This document shows, in pieces, positions 39,913 through 49,999 of a stretch of 64,000 bases of DNA; within the stretch, counting starts at the first letter, position 1, and each line of letters starts with the position of its first letter. The DNA comes from Alphaproteobacteria bacterium (GTDB taxonomy: Bacteria; Pseudomonadota; Alphaproteobacteria; CAAHEQ01; UBA3637): NCBI GenBank assembly GCA_017960645.1, contig JAGCYU010000027.1, positions 42,692-106,691 of the forward strand, given 5' to 3'. Under the pieces are notes generated by a model that saw nothing but the letters and a program-made list of their open reading frames with translations, had not been told where the DNA came from and did no database searches. The translations under genes and the position numbers were made by a program.

Positions 39913-41275
39913 AAAATTCTAATAACGTTTTTAAATTACCGATTTCTGTTGCTTTAAAAGTCGATTTTTTCTTTTTATTCTGAGGAATCAGCGCCTTGGC
40001 AAATCCCAACTTTTCCGCTTCTTTCAGGCGTAAATCAGACTGCGGCACATTTCTAATTTCACCAGACAGTCCTATTTCACCAAAAATAACCATATCCGAA
40101 GGCAAGGGATGATTAAACACACCAGACAATACCGCCATAACAGCGGCTAAATCCACCGCCGGTTCAGATAACTTTAATCCGCCTGCCACATTCAAGAAAA
40201 TATCTTTATTGCTTAAACACACACCGCAACGCGTTTCCAGCACAGCCAAAAGCATATTCAAGCGATTCGCATCCCATCCGACCACAGCACGCCGCGGGCT
40301 TGTTCCTGCCATAGGCGCAACAAGAGCTTGGATTTCCACCAACATGGGTCTGGAACCTTCAATCCCTGCAAAAACACAGCTACCAGATACATTACCTTGA
40401 CGATCCGCCAAAAAAAGTGCAGAAGGATTTTGTACTTCCGACAAACCCTTTTCGGTCATTTCAAAAACACCTATTTCATCTGTAGCACCGAATCGGTTTT
40501 TAACACTGCGCAAAATACGGAAATGGTGACCGCGATCTCCTTCAAAATAAAGCACAGTATCAACCATGTGTTCCAGCACGCGAGGGCCTGCCAAAGTTCC
40601 CTCTTTTGTCACATGACCAACCAACAATAAAACAAAATTCCTTTTCTTTGCTAAACGAATCAGCTCATGCCCACATGCGCGGACTTGAGCTACTGTTCCT
40701 GGGGCAGATTCAACCATATCAGAATACATCGTTTGAATAGAATCGATAATAACAACATCGGGACAATCTGCAACATCTAATGTCGCCACAATATCTCGAA
40801 TACGCGTTTCACTGGCTAAGTCTACAGGATTATCTGCCAATCCTAATCTCAAAGCACGTAACCGCACTTGGTCCACAGATTCTTCACCAGAAATATAGGC
40901 ACATTTTGTGGGACTTCCTTGCTTATTGACACCACGCGTTAAAGCAGAAACAGCTTGCAATAGCAAAGTGGATTTACCAATACCGGGATCACCCCCAACC
41001 AAAACGACCGAGCCCGGAACCAAACCTCCTCCGCATACACGGTCTAACTCGCCAATCCCGGTTTTTAAACGAAAGATTATTTCCGGAGCACCGCGCAAAT
41101 CCGAAAAATCTATTTTATGACCGTTCACCCCTGCGGTTGCCATGGGACTATCCGAGGTTGGCACAGCCTCTTCTACAATCGTATTCCATTCACCACAGGC
41201 GCTACATTGTCCTGCCCAGCGCCCATAAACCGCACCACAATTTTGACACACAAAATGAGTTGTTTTTTTAGGCAT
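39899..41275 (-). CDS. radA: DNA repair protein RadA/Sms
   Basis: N-terminal C4 zinc finger (CQNCGAVYGRWAGQCSACGEW), RecA-like ATPase (GGDPGIGKST), KNRFG motif, Lon-like C-terminal domain. Confidence 0.93.
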   Translation of the reverse strand: MPKKTTHFVCQNCGAVYGRWAGQCSACGEWNTIVEEAVPTSDSPMATAGVNGHKIDFSDLRGAPEIIFRLKTGIGELDRVCGGGLVPGSVVLVGGDPGIGKSTLLLQAVSALTRGVNKQGSPTKCAYISGEESVDQVRLRALRLGLADNPVDLASETRIRDIVATLDVADCPDVVIIDSIQTMYSDMVESAPGTVAQVRACGHELIRLAKKRNFVLLLVGHVTKEGTLAGPRVLEHMVDTVLYFEGDRGHHFRILRSVKNRFGATDEIGVFEMTEKGLSEVQNPSALFLADRQGNVSGSCVFAGIEGSRPMLVEIQALVAPMAGTSPRRAVVGWDANRLNMLLAVLETRCGVCLSNKDIFLNVAGGLKLSEPAVDLAAVMAVLSGVFNHPLPSDMVIFGEIGLSGEIRNVPQSDLRLKEAEKLGFAKALIPQNKKKKSTFKATEIGNLKTLLEFFERK

Positions 41276-42006
41276 TAATTCGCTTTAACCTCCATTTTAA
41301 TCGGGCCATTGGCGCTTCCTGCAACAAACTGGCGAACAAAAGCGTTATCTGTTTTATCCAGCTCAGCCACCGAACCAATCCAGATAATTTTACCTTGATA
41401 TAACATTGCGATTCGGTCAGCAATTTTTCTGGCGCTTGCCATATCGTGGGTAATAGTTAAAGCGGTTGCTCCCAACTTTTTCACAGTATCAACAATCAGA
41501 TTATTAATCACATCGGACATAATTGGATCTAAGCCCGTTGTTGGCTCGTCAAAGAAAATAACGTCTGGATTCGTAGCAATCGCACGTGCCAAGCCAACGC
41601 GCTTTTTCATCCCTCCGGATAAATCAGCAGGATACACATCAGCCACCTCTTTACCAAGCCCCACTTGAGCTAATTTTTCAATGGCTAACTTTTTTGCTTC
41701 TGTACGGTTTATTAAGCGATTTTGCAACAAAGCAAAAGCGACATTTTCCCACACAGTTAAACTGTCAAACAAAGCGGCGCCTTGAAACAACATACCAATA
41801 TTTTTGGTATTCATCTTAATCGTACCGGAATCTGGCGTCAACAATCCCAACAAACATTTTAAGCTCACAGACTTTCCCGTACCAGATCCACCGATAATCA
41901 CAACGGATTCGCCTTTATACACATCTAAATCAACCCCATTCAACACATGGTGTGAACCGAAACTTTTGTGGACATCCTTCATTGAAATTTGAATTTCTTT
42001 TTTCAT
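41275..42006 (-). CDS. mlaF: ABC transporter ATP-binding protein, MlaF-like
   Basis: Walker A GGSGTGKS, signature LSGGMKKRVGLARA, Walker B IFFDEPT. Sits downstream of mlaE. Its stop shares one nucleotide with the radA start (TAATG). Confidence 0.82.
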   Translation of the reverse strand: MKKEIQISMKDVHKSFGSHHVLNGVDLDVYKGESVVIIGGSGTGKSVSLKCLLGLLTPDSGTIKMNTKNIGMLFQGAALFDSLTVWENVAFALLQNRLINRTEAKKLAIEKLAQVGLGKEVADVYPADLSGGMKKRVGLARAIATNPDVIFFDEPTTGLDPIMSDVINNLIVDTVKKLGATALTITHDMASARKIADRIAMLYQGKIIWIGSVAELDKTDNAFVRQFVAGSANGPIKMEVKAN

Positions 42007-42015
42007 GAAATACTC

Positions 42016-42825
42016 CTACATTTTAAAGAACATCTCGGTTAAGATGTAGTTGAAAATCAAGACCAAAATACTGGATGATACTACAGCATTTGTTGTTGCT
42101 TGACCAACACCTTGCGCACCACCTTTGGAATTAAATCCGTTATAGCATCCAAGTAACGTAATGATAAAGCCAAATACTGCCGCTTTGGTCATACCGGAAA
42201 TAATATCCATTGGTTTTAAATAGTTCCATGTACTGATCAGGTATGTTGTTGCGTTAAATTCTAACTTTGTTACGCCGACCAAATAGCCACCGCAAATACC
42301 AATGATATCCCCAATTAAAACCAACACAGGCATCATTAAAACACCAGCAATCACTCTGGGACCAATTAAATATTTCATCGGATTTGTGTTCAGTGTAGAT
42401 AGAGCATCAATTTGCTCTGTCACGCGCATCGTTCCAATCTCTGCCGCCATTGCCGCCCCAATTCGACCAGCCACCATCAAAGCCGCCATCACGGGCGCTA
42501 ATTCACGAGTCACAGCAACCAATACAACCAAGGATACAGATCCTTCTGCTGAAAACTGAGAAAAACCCGCATATGTTTGTAAAGCAATAACCATACCGGA
42601 AAACAAAGTTGTTAAGGCAACAACAGGTAATGAATAAAAACCGATTTCCACCATCATGCGCCCTATTTCTTTCGGATAAAATGGCGGGGTCAAACTGTGA
42701 TAGATGGCTTGTCCTGTAAAAATAACTAATTCGCCAGCACTTTTAAAAAAGCGCAACGTCATCCGCCCAAGAGCATCAATAAATCCTAAATCCAATTTCA
42801 CGCAACGTCTCCTTTTTCTATCCAT
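42016..42825 (-). CDS. mlaE: ABC transporter permease, MlaE family
   Basis: ~260 aa, five TM segments, MlaE-type sequence (RVTEQIDAL...). Confidence 0.82.
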   Translation of the reverse strand: MDRKRRRCVKLDLGFIDALGRMTLRFFKSAGELVIFTGQAIYHSLTPPFYPKEIGRMMVEIGFYSLPVVALTTLFSGMVIALQTYAGFSQFSAEGSVSLVVLVAVTRELAPVMAALMVAGRIGAAMAAEIGTMRVTEQIDALSTLNTNPMKYLIGPRVIAGVLMMPVLVLIGDIIGICGGYLVGVTKLEFNATTYLISTWNYLKPMDIISGMTKAAVFGFIITLLGCYNGFNSKGGAQGVGQATTNAVVSSSILVLIFNYILTEMFFKM

Positions 42826-42943
42826 CTTATTTTACTCATAAAAAAAATGAATTGCAAGAAAAAAGCCCTTTTTTAAGCCTTCATCAAAAACGCCCCTGAT
42901 TCCGAAGAAATAGGGGCTATTTTAACAAATGTATTTATATACT

Positions 42944-43789
42944 TTAAAGAGTGGCACCTTCGTTGCCAGCTCTACCCTTACTAGCAACCGTTAATTTTCT
43001 AAATGCCTCTGTATCCACTAACTTTTTTTCCAAAAAATTCCCAGCTCCTGGTTTAGACGGATCTGGAACAGTTCCACCAGGATAAAAACCAGCAGGTCTG
43101 CACATATCTCCCAAGAAAAACTGACGGGTTTTCAACACATCCGGCTTTAAAATTGCACCATCCTCTGATATTATGCCTGCCATTTCCATTTTTTGTAATT
43201 CCAACGCCAAATAGTCTGACCATCCGATTGATTTTAGTTTGCCATTTAAGATATCCTCTGCATTTTTTAGGTATTTAAAAATATCCTCTTTCGTGCCGTC
43301 TTGTGGATACATCTCTGTTAAAGCTCTGTATAATACCCGATTAATAGGCATCAACTTTTTTGCCTCTTCATCAAAATCCGTAGAATTTTTCTTTGAATGG
43401 GATTTTATTATGTTTATTTCTGGCGCCTGCCGCTGAGGAGAAACTTCCATTTCAACTGGCCGTAATGTTTCTGATTGTTTTTTACTCCCGGCAGAGGCTT
43501 TCATAAGAGCTTCTTCTAGCCTAGATGATAACCGCCCTGCCCATAAAAGCTGTTCTATTGGATTATTTCCAAATGTCAGATGGGGAACTTTTTCTCCATC
43601 TCTTTCTTCAATCCGTTGCATAAAAATCTTATATAGAGCGTCTAATTGTTCTTCAGACAATACCTGCTTCATTCTCCGTTGCAAAATATCCTCTGCATAA
43701 AAATCTTCCAGTTGCTCCAAAGATAACTGTGCAATTTCCTTTGGGGTTAAACCACACACTAATTTCAATGAAATTTTCGTTTTTGTCAT
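42944..43789 (-). CDS. Hypothetical protein (~281 aa, no recognisable domain)
   Basis: Long ORF with typical coding composition. Start placed at the internal MTKTKISLKL to avoid a 50-nt overlap with uppS. No signal peptide. Basic C-terminus. Confidence 0.5.
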   Translation of the reverse strand: MTKTKISLKLVCGLTPKEIAQLSLEQLEDFYAEDILQRRMKQVLSEEQLDALYKIFMQRIEERDGEKVPHLTFGNNPIEQLLWAGRLSSRLEEALMKASAGSKKQSETLRPVEMEVSPQRQAPEINIIKSHSKKNSTDFDEEAKKLMPINRVLYRALTEMYPQDGTKEDIFKYLKNAEDILNGKLKSIGWSDYLALELQKMEMAGIISEDGAILKPDVLKTRQFFLGDMCRPAGFYPGGTVPDPSKPGAGNFLEKKLVDTEAFRKLTVASKGRAGNEGATL

Positions 43790-43820
43790 ATAGCTACACC
43801 TTTCACAATTGTGTGATATT

Positions 43821-44546
43821 TTATTTACTGCCAAACCGACGTTCACGGCGACCATAGGCTTCAACAGCAATTTCTAAATCCTGCTCGTTAAATTCTGGCC
43901 AATAAATCGGCGTAAAATATAGCTCTGCATATGCAATTTCCCACAACAAGAAATTAGACAAGCGCTGTTCACCACTGGTCCGAATCACTAAATCTGGATA
44001 GGGCAATCCGCGTGTAGATAAAGCATCATTGACTGTGTTTTCATCAATAGCGGATAGCAAATACTTATGTTCAGCCACGTCTAGCGATATTCTTTTGATA
44101 GCAGCAATTAAATCATCCCGAGCTCCATAGGACAAAGCAAAAATAACATGGAAATCGTCATAATCTTCCGTTTCACGCTCTAATTCATTCATGCGTTCGC
44201 GAATATCTTCATCAAAACGCATTCTATCGCCAATAAAACGAATACGCACTTTTTCTTTTTGTAGTTCTGCAATATCTGTTTTTAGGTATTTGCGGAATAA
44301 TTCAACCAACAATTTAACTTCTTCCTTAGACCTATTCCAATTTTCAGAAGAAAATGCATACAGTGTCACATACTTGATGCCTAATTTTTTCGCGTGCTCT
44401 AAAATCACACGAACATTTTCAGCACCCTTTCTGTGCCCATCAAAAGGAGAAAGGCCTTTACCCACAGCCCAACGCCGATTACCATCCATAATAATCGCGA
44501 TGTGAGTCGGTACTTTACTTTGCTCTTCTGGAACTTTTTTAATCAT
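43821..44546 (-). CDS. uppS: Isoprenyl transferase / undecaprenyl-diphosphate synthase
   Basis: HIAIIMDGNRRWA and YAFSSENWNR cis-prenyltransferase motifs. Confidence 0.93.
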   Translation of the reverse strand: MIKKVPEEQSKVPTHIAIIMDGNRRWAVGKGLSPFDGHRKGAENVRVILEHAKKLGIKYVTLYAFSSENWNRSKEEVKLLVELFRKYLKTDIAELQKEKVRIRFIGDRMRFDEDIRERMNELERETEDYDDFHVIFALSYGARDDLIAAIKRISLDVAEHKYLLSAIDENTVNDALSTRGLPYPDLVIRTSGEQRLSNFLLWEIAYAELYFTPIYWPEFNEQDLEIAVEAYGRRERRFGSK

Positions 44547-45101
44547 TTAGACCTGTTTAATTTCTGTTTCTTTGTTTTTTAACATTTCATCCAAGGTGGC
44601 AATAGCTTTATCTGTTAAATCCTGCACTTCTTTTTCATAGCGTTTGTAATCGTCTTCAGACATGGACTCTTTAATAGCTTTTAGAGCATCTAACGCTTCG
44701 CGACGATGGTTACGCACAGCCACACGCACATCCTCTGTAAAACGTGCTGCCACCTTGACCAATTCAACACGACGCTCTTCGGACAAAGGAGGAATAGGAA
44801 TCCGAATCAATTGTCCATCGTTCATTGGATTAAGGCCTAAATTTGCTTCTGTAATAGCCTTTTCCACAGACTTAATCAAGCTTTTATCCCAAACACTAAT
44901 GGACAATGTCCTAGCATCTGGCACACTGACGTTTCCAACTTGATTTAAGGGGACTACCGAGCCATAGGCTTCAACCATTAATCCGTCCAACAACGCCGTT
45001 GAAGCGCGCCCCGTACGTAAACCAGCAAAATCTTTTTTCAAAGCTTCTTCGGCTTTTTGCATTTGACTTTGCATATCCGATTTAATTTGATCCCAACTCA
45101 T
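44547..45101 (-). CDS. frr: Ribosome recycling factor
   Basis: 184 aa, canonical Frr sequence (…IRIPIPPLSEERR…). Confidence 0.93.
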   Translation of the reverse strand: MSWDQIKSDMQSQMQKAEEALKKDFAGLRTGRASTALLDGLMVEAYGSVVPLNQVGNVSVPDARTLSISVWDKSLIKSVEKAITEANLGLNPMNDGQLIRIPIPPLSEERRVELVKVAARFTEDVRVAVRNHRREALDALKAIKESMSEDDYKRYEKEVQDLTDKAIATLDEMLKNKETEIKQV

Positions 45102-45121
45102 GTAAGTCCCCTTTCATTCAA

Positions 45122-46009
45122 TTAACCATTCATTTGTTTTGCAACTTCTGCGGCAAAATCTTCTTCTTTCTTTTCAATACCTTCGCCTAAAGCAAAACGT
45201 ACAAAAGAAGTGATTTCAACACCAGCTTCTGCCAAAACATCCTTAACTTTCTTATCAGGATCCATGACGAAAGCTTGTTCAACCAAAACAGCTTCTTCAT
45301 AGTACTTATGCATACGACCTTCCACCATCTTTTCAATAATAGCTTCTGGTTTGCCGCTGGCTTTTGCTTGTTCTGCATAAATGCTACGTTCATGCTCTGC
45401 TGTTGCAGCATCAACATCTGCAATTGTTAAGAATTTAGGAGCAGTCGCGGCAATATGCATAGCCACTTTTTTACCAACTTCTGCTGCATTAGCGCCCTTA
45501 GCGGCCACTAACACACCGATTTTGCCCAAACCTTCTGACACAGCTGTATGCAAATAAGAAACCACTGTCTCACCTTCAACAACTGCCACACGGCGAACAC
45601 TCATGTTTTCACCAATTTTAGCAATTAAAGCAACAACCGTATCTTGAACGCTTTGTCCGTTCATAGAAGCGGCTTTCAAAGCTTCTACATCATTGCTACC
45701 GCCAGCCAAAGCCACATCCGTTAAATCTGCGACAAACTTTTGGAAATCTGCATTTTTAGCAGCGAAGTCCGTTTCAATATTGACTTCAACAACAGCACCT
45801 TTATTGCCAACGGCTTTAATTCCGACTAAACCTTGGTTAGCAACACGTCCTGCTTTCTTTTCAGCAACAGACATACCTTTTTTGCGCAAAAAGTCAATTG
45901 CTTCGTCCAAATTGCCGTTTGTTGCCACTAATGCTTTTTTGCATTCCATCATTCCTGCGCCTGTTTTTTCGCGCAATTCTCCAACTAATTTTGCTGTAAT
46001 TTCAGCCAT
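45122..46009 (-). CDS. tsf: Elongation factor Ts
   Basis: N-terminal UBA-like (LREKTGAGMMECKKAL) and dimerisation core domains. Confidence 0.93.
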   Translation of the reverse strand: MAEITAKLVGELREKTGAGMMECKKALVATNGNLDEAIDFLRKKGMSVAEKKAGRVANQGLVGIKAVGNKGAVVEVNIETDFAAKNADFQKFVADLTDVALAGGSNDVEALKAASMNGQSVQDTVVALIAKIGENMSVRRVAVVEGETVVSYLHTAVSEGLGKIGVLVAAKGANAAEVGKKVAMHIAATAPKFLTIADVDAATAEHERSIYAEQAKASGKPEAIIEKMVEGRMHKYYEEAVLVEQAFVMDPDKKVKDVLAEAGVEITSFVRFALGEGIEKKEEDFAAEVAKQMNG

Positions 46010-46589
46010 TTTGTCTCCTTTCGTTTATTAAATCTTGTGTCATCTGATTTGTCGAGTGCGTATCACAAGGAATCATCAAACCTTGAAGTTTTCTGTATCC
46101 ATCATGCAATGCTCGCCGATATTGCTGTTGTATTCTTTTATTTTCTGATAATTGTCTCCATATCTTGTGCAAACTAGCCCATATTTTGGGATAATGAAAC
46201 CTATATCCCGTTGCCGTCCACGGCCACGGATGCTTTTTGGGAAGCGTCTCAAACACTGGCTCAAAAATATCTGCAAAAAGCGCTTTTTCCATTTCCGACG
46301 TCTCGGGAGTTGTTTCACAAAAAGTAGCAAAAGGAGGAAGGTATCCCAAAACGGGCCTTTGCTCCCATCGCACTTGTGTTAATTGAGGAACTAAATTATT
46401 CAGGGGTCGAAGAGTAAAGACCGCCTCTTTACCTTTGGCAATATGTGCCACAAAACTTTGCCCAGATTCCAATCCGATCGTATAAAGCCAACCTTTTTTA
46501 TTATGGAAAAGCCCCCGTTCTTCCCCGTTAGATTCACGAAGAAGAACGATAGGCGCGGACAAAATTCGTTTTACAGACTCATCGGTCAT
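46002..46589 (-). CDS. Hypothetical protein (~195 aa) inserted between rpsB and tsf
   Basis: ORF fills the whole rpsB–tsf interval. Start taken at the internal MTDESVKRIL, adjacent to the rpsB stop. No recognisable motif. Confidence 0.5.
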   Translation of the reverse strand: MTDESVKRILSAPIVLLRESNGEERGLFHNKKGWLYTIGLESGQSFVAHIAKGKEAVFTLRPLNNLVPQLTQVRWEQRPVLGYLPPFATFCETTPETSEMEKALFADIFEPVFETLPKKHPWPWTATGYRFHYPKIWASLHKIWRQLSENKRIQQQYRRALHDGYRKLQGLMIPCDTHSTNQMTQDLINERRQNG

Positions 46590-46590
46590 A

Positions 46591-47382
46591 TTAGGCCTTT
46601 TCTTCTGTTTTTTCTTCCTCTGCTTTGACTTCTGCAACTTCAGTATCCACAACTTCTGTAGCAGCACCAATGTCAACACCAGCAGCCTTTAATTCAGCTT
46701 GAATACCATCCAAAGCGGCTCCCGCCATTAAATTACAGTACAAGCTAATAGCACGAGCTGCATCATCATTTCCAGGAATTGGATAGGCAATTCCATCTGG
46801 GTTTGCGTTTGAGTCACAAATAGCAATCACAGGGATACCCAATTTTTTGGCCTCATTAACAGCCAAAGTTTCATGGGGGACATCAATCACAAAAATTAAA
46901 TCTGGGCGACCATTCATATCTTTGATACCACCCAAAGAAGCGACCAATTTATCATGTTCGCGTTCAATATTCAATTTTTCTTTCTTAGTTAAACCTTCAT
47001 ATCCACCTTTTTCTGTTTTAGACTCAATTTCTTTTAAGCGCTTAATGCTGGAAGAAATTGTTTTCCAGTTTGTGAGCATACCACCCAACCAACGTTGGTT
47101 CACATAAAATTGACCACAACGTGTTGCAGCTTCTGCGATTGGTCCGCGGGCTTGCACTTTTGTCCCAACAAACAATATTTTGCCACCTTTTGCAGCAACA
47201 TCGCGCACTGTTTCCATAGCACGATACAACATTGGCACTGTTTGAGTTAAATCTAAGATATGAACGCCTTCGCGCGTACCATAAATATAGGACTCCATTT
47301 TTGGATTCCATCTGCGAGCATTATGCCCAAAATGAACACCAGCTTCAACCAGCTGACGCATAGTAATTGTTGGAATAGACAT
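46591..47382 (-). CDS. rpsB: 30S ribosomal protein S2
   Basis: [14 protein letters not shown]-terminus, 263 aa with acidic C-terminal tail. Confidence 0.95.
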   Translation of the reverse strand: MSIPTITMRQLVEAGVHFGHNARRWNPKMESYIYGTREGVHILDLTQTVPMLYRAMETVRDVAAKGGKILFVGTKVQARGPIAEAATRCGQFYVNQRWLGGMLTNWKTISSSIKRLKEIESKTEKGGYEGLTKKEKLNIEREHDKLVASLGGIKDMNGRPDLIFVIDVPHETLAVNEAKKLGIPVIAICDSNANPDGIAYPIPGNDDAARAISLYCNLMAGAALDGIQAELKAAGVDIGAATEVVDTEVAEVKAEEEKTEEKA

Positions 47383-47534
47383 TTTATAATCCTTTCTTTT
47401 TCCAGTTAAACCTCTGCAGGGGACAAATATAAAGGAAATCCTTTACACTGGAAGCGAATTAAAGGGGATTTTTCCCACCTCTAAGCGCCTTCCCTGCATG
47501 CGATATTGTTTTGGAACCATTCCAAAACGAGGTT

Positions 47535-47563
47535 GATTATAGCAAAAAATTACATCAATGTCA
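47535..47563 (-). promoter_or_regulatory. Predicted consensus sigma-70 promoter of rpsB (TTGACA-N17-TATAAT)
   Basis: On the minus strand: TTGACA at 47563-47558, exact 17-nt spacer, TATAAT at 47540-47535. This leaves a ~150-nt leader before the rpsB ATG. Confidence 0.6.
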
Positions 47564-47569
47564 AGAAAA

Positions 47570-48444
47570 TTATACTGTTTTATCTAAATTCAGCCAACGA
47601 CGAATACAAGGCCAAAGGCCTGTCACTTGTGAACAATGCAATTTTTTATGGCGCTTGGCCTGCATAACAATATCTTGAGCCAATTGCGGATTTTTTTCTT
47701 CTGCTCTTTCCTTTAAAAATTGCAAATATCCTTGATCTAAAGGAATTCCGGCACGATATGCCGCTCCACAGATTAAATCAATTCGCACAGCATCTGAATC
47801 TGTATAGCGCCCTTTTTCTGCGATAGGCGTTAACCATCTTTCCTGAATATGGGACGCCGCATATGTAGGATACGCCACTCTTTTCAGCGTTTCCATTTCT
47901 TTTGCAAAACGCTTTTCCAACAAATATTGAACTTTATTTCCAATAGCCGTCGGCCACATCCCTTTAGATTTTTGATAAGCATTCATTTCTGCCAAAATAA
48001 AAATATTGGGCTGTATTTGTCTGAACAAAGAATCATCTAATGCCAAGGCCAACCCCTCTGAAATCTCAACAGGATTATATACCTCATCCGCACTAAAATT
48101 ATGGACGCCTTTGTCATCTGTAAATCTTGATTGATGAAAAAGTAAATCACCGCTTGCTAACGTATTTTTAACCCACCTCTGCTCTTCCTCTCCAATCTCT
48201 GACAGAAATAAATCACTATACTTTTTCTGACACTCTTTAGGATAAGACTTACTTAACACAAATGTCGCTTCAACCGCTCCCTGAGGACAACACATCGGCA
48301 AACCCTGGTTCGGCCAACACCGCAAAAAACGAGCCAAACAACACGCCTTTTTCAACCACTTTTTATCATCATCCACTAAACCTTCAGTGATACGCATGCG
48401 TGCCAAAGCACGTTGTTGTTCCTCTAATTCAGTTAAATTTTCCA
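47570..48444 (-). CDS. Hypothetical Cys-cluster protein (~291 aa)
   Basis: Start chosen at MENLTELEEQQ with a GAAAGG RBS. The upstream ORF extension is hydrophobic junk. Contains CCxxxxxxCx9CC and a C-terminal HCSQVTGLWPC Cys pair. Confidence 0.5.
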
Positions 48445-48603
48445 TTCTTTTCCTTTCAATATAATTGTCCGTATTATAGTACAAAACCTGTTTTTTGTCA
48501 AGTTTATCCATCCCAACGCAAAAAAAGTTCTTGCATAAAAGAAAAAAGTTCGCTAAGATAAAAAACGAACAAAACGCGAACAAATTTTATAAAAGGAGAA
48601 ACC

Positions 48604-49638
48604 ATGGAAAAAGATAAAGCATTAGAAGCCGCTGTTGCACAAATCGAACGTGCCTTTGGTAAAGGATCCATTATGCGCTTGGGTCAACAAGACAACGCCG
48701 TGGAAATCCCCGCAATTTCAACCGGATCTTTAGGATTGGATCTGGCTCTAGGTATTGGCGGGCTGCCCAAAGGGCGAATTATCGAAGTGTACGGGCCAGA
48801 AAGCTCAGGAAAAACAACTTTGGCTTTGCATGTTGTTGCAGAAGCCCAAAAGCAAGGGGGGATCTGTGCCTATGTGGATGCTGAACACGCCATGGACCCG
48901 AGTTACGCCCGCAAATTAGGCGTCAAAATTGATGATTTATTGATTTCTCAACCAGATACCGGCGAACAAGCATTGGAAATTGCTGATACTTTGGTTCGTT
49001 CTGGCACCATTAGCGTTTTGGTTGTCGACTCGGTTGCCGCATTAGTTCCTAAAGCAGAGCTAGAAGGTGATATGGGCGATTCGCACATGGGATTGCAAGC
49101 CCGCTTGATGAGTCAAGCCTTAAGGAAATTAACAGCTTCCGTTGCCAGAACAAATACATTAGTGATCTTTATTAACCAAATTCGTATGAAGATCGGCGTT
49201 ATGTTTGGAAATCCGGAAACAACGACTGGTGGAAATGCTTTGAAATTCTATGCTTCTGTGCGTATGGATATCCGCCGTATCGGCTCGGTTAAAGACCACG
49301 AAGATGTTATCGGAAACCAAACCCGCGTTAAAATTGTTAAAAATAAAGTTGCCCCTCCGTTTAAAACTGTGGATTTTGACATTTTATATGGTGAAGGCAT
49401 CTCTAAAATGGGTGAATTGATTGATTTAGGAATTAAAGCTGGATTGGTGGAAAAGGCTGGCGCATGGTTCTCATATAAAGGAGAACGCATTGGACAGGGC
49501 CGCGAATCTGCTAAAGCCTGGCTAAAAGAACATACCAAAGAAGCAGCCGAGTTGGAAAAAGCCATTCGCGACCATGCAAAAGATATTTCCAAAGATATGA
49601 TCGTTGGTGATCATGACGCTTCAACTGAAGCAGAATAA
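48604..49638 (+). CDS. recA: Recombinase RecA
   Basis: GPESSGKTT Walker A, L1/L2 loops, 344 aa. Confidence 0.97.
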   Translation: MEKDKALEAAVAQIERAFGKGSIMRLGQQDNAVEIPAISTGSLGLDLALGIGGLPKGRIIEVYGPESSGKTTLALHVVAEAQKQGGICAYVDAEHAMDPSYARKLGVKIDDLLISQPDTGEQALEIADTLVRSGTISVLVVDSVAALVPKAELEGDMGDSHMGLQARLMSQALRKLTASVARTNTLVIFINQIRMKIGVMFGNPETTTGGNALKFYASVRMDIRRIGSVKDHEDVIGNQTRVKIVKNKVAPPFKTVDFDILYGEGISKMGELIDLGIKAGLVEKAGAWFSYKGERIGQGRESAKAWLKEHTKEAAELEKAIRDHAKDISKDMIVGDHDASTEAE

Positions 49639-49654
49639 ATCTATCTGCCGTTTT

Positions 49655-49999
49655 TTATTCGTTAGATAACGTCAAGCTGAATTTAACATTTTGCTTTGAG
49701 TTTTGTGAAGTTGTTTCAATTTCCAAAACATCATTTCCGCGAACAAATTTGCCAGATTTCTTTAGCGTCCATCCCAAAGCCTGTAAATTGTTGCGATAAA
49801 AGCGCTCAATTTCGTTAGGGGATTTAGAGGTTGTCCCCATTACAATTAAAATTTGCCCTTGGGGCACATCAAAAGACGTTACGTCTTCCGAAAAGATCAT
49901 ATCACCCAATGCGGGAATATCCTCGGTTCCCGGGACAAACCCCGCCCACACATGTAAAGCCCACATTAAACAGCCCAATAAGAAAAAAAATTTACTCAT
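49655..49999 (-). CDS. Small secreted hypothetical protein (114 aa)
   Basis: Signal peptide MSKFFFLLGCLMWALHVWA. No known domain. Confidence 0.45.
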   Translation of the reverse strand: MSKFFFLLGCLMWALHVWAGFVPGTEDIPALGDMIFSEDVTSFDVPQGQILIVMGTTSKSPNEIERFYRNNLQALGWTLKKSGKFVRGNDVLEIETTSQNSKQNVKFSLTLSNE

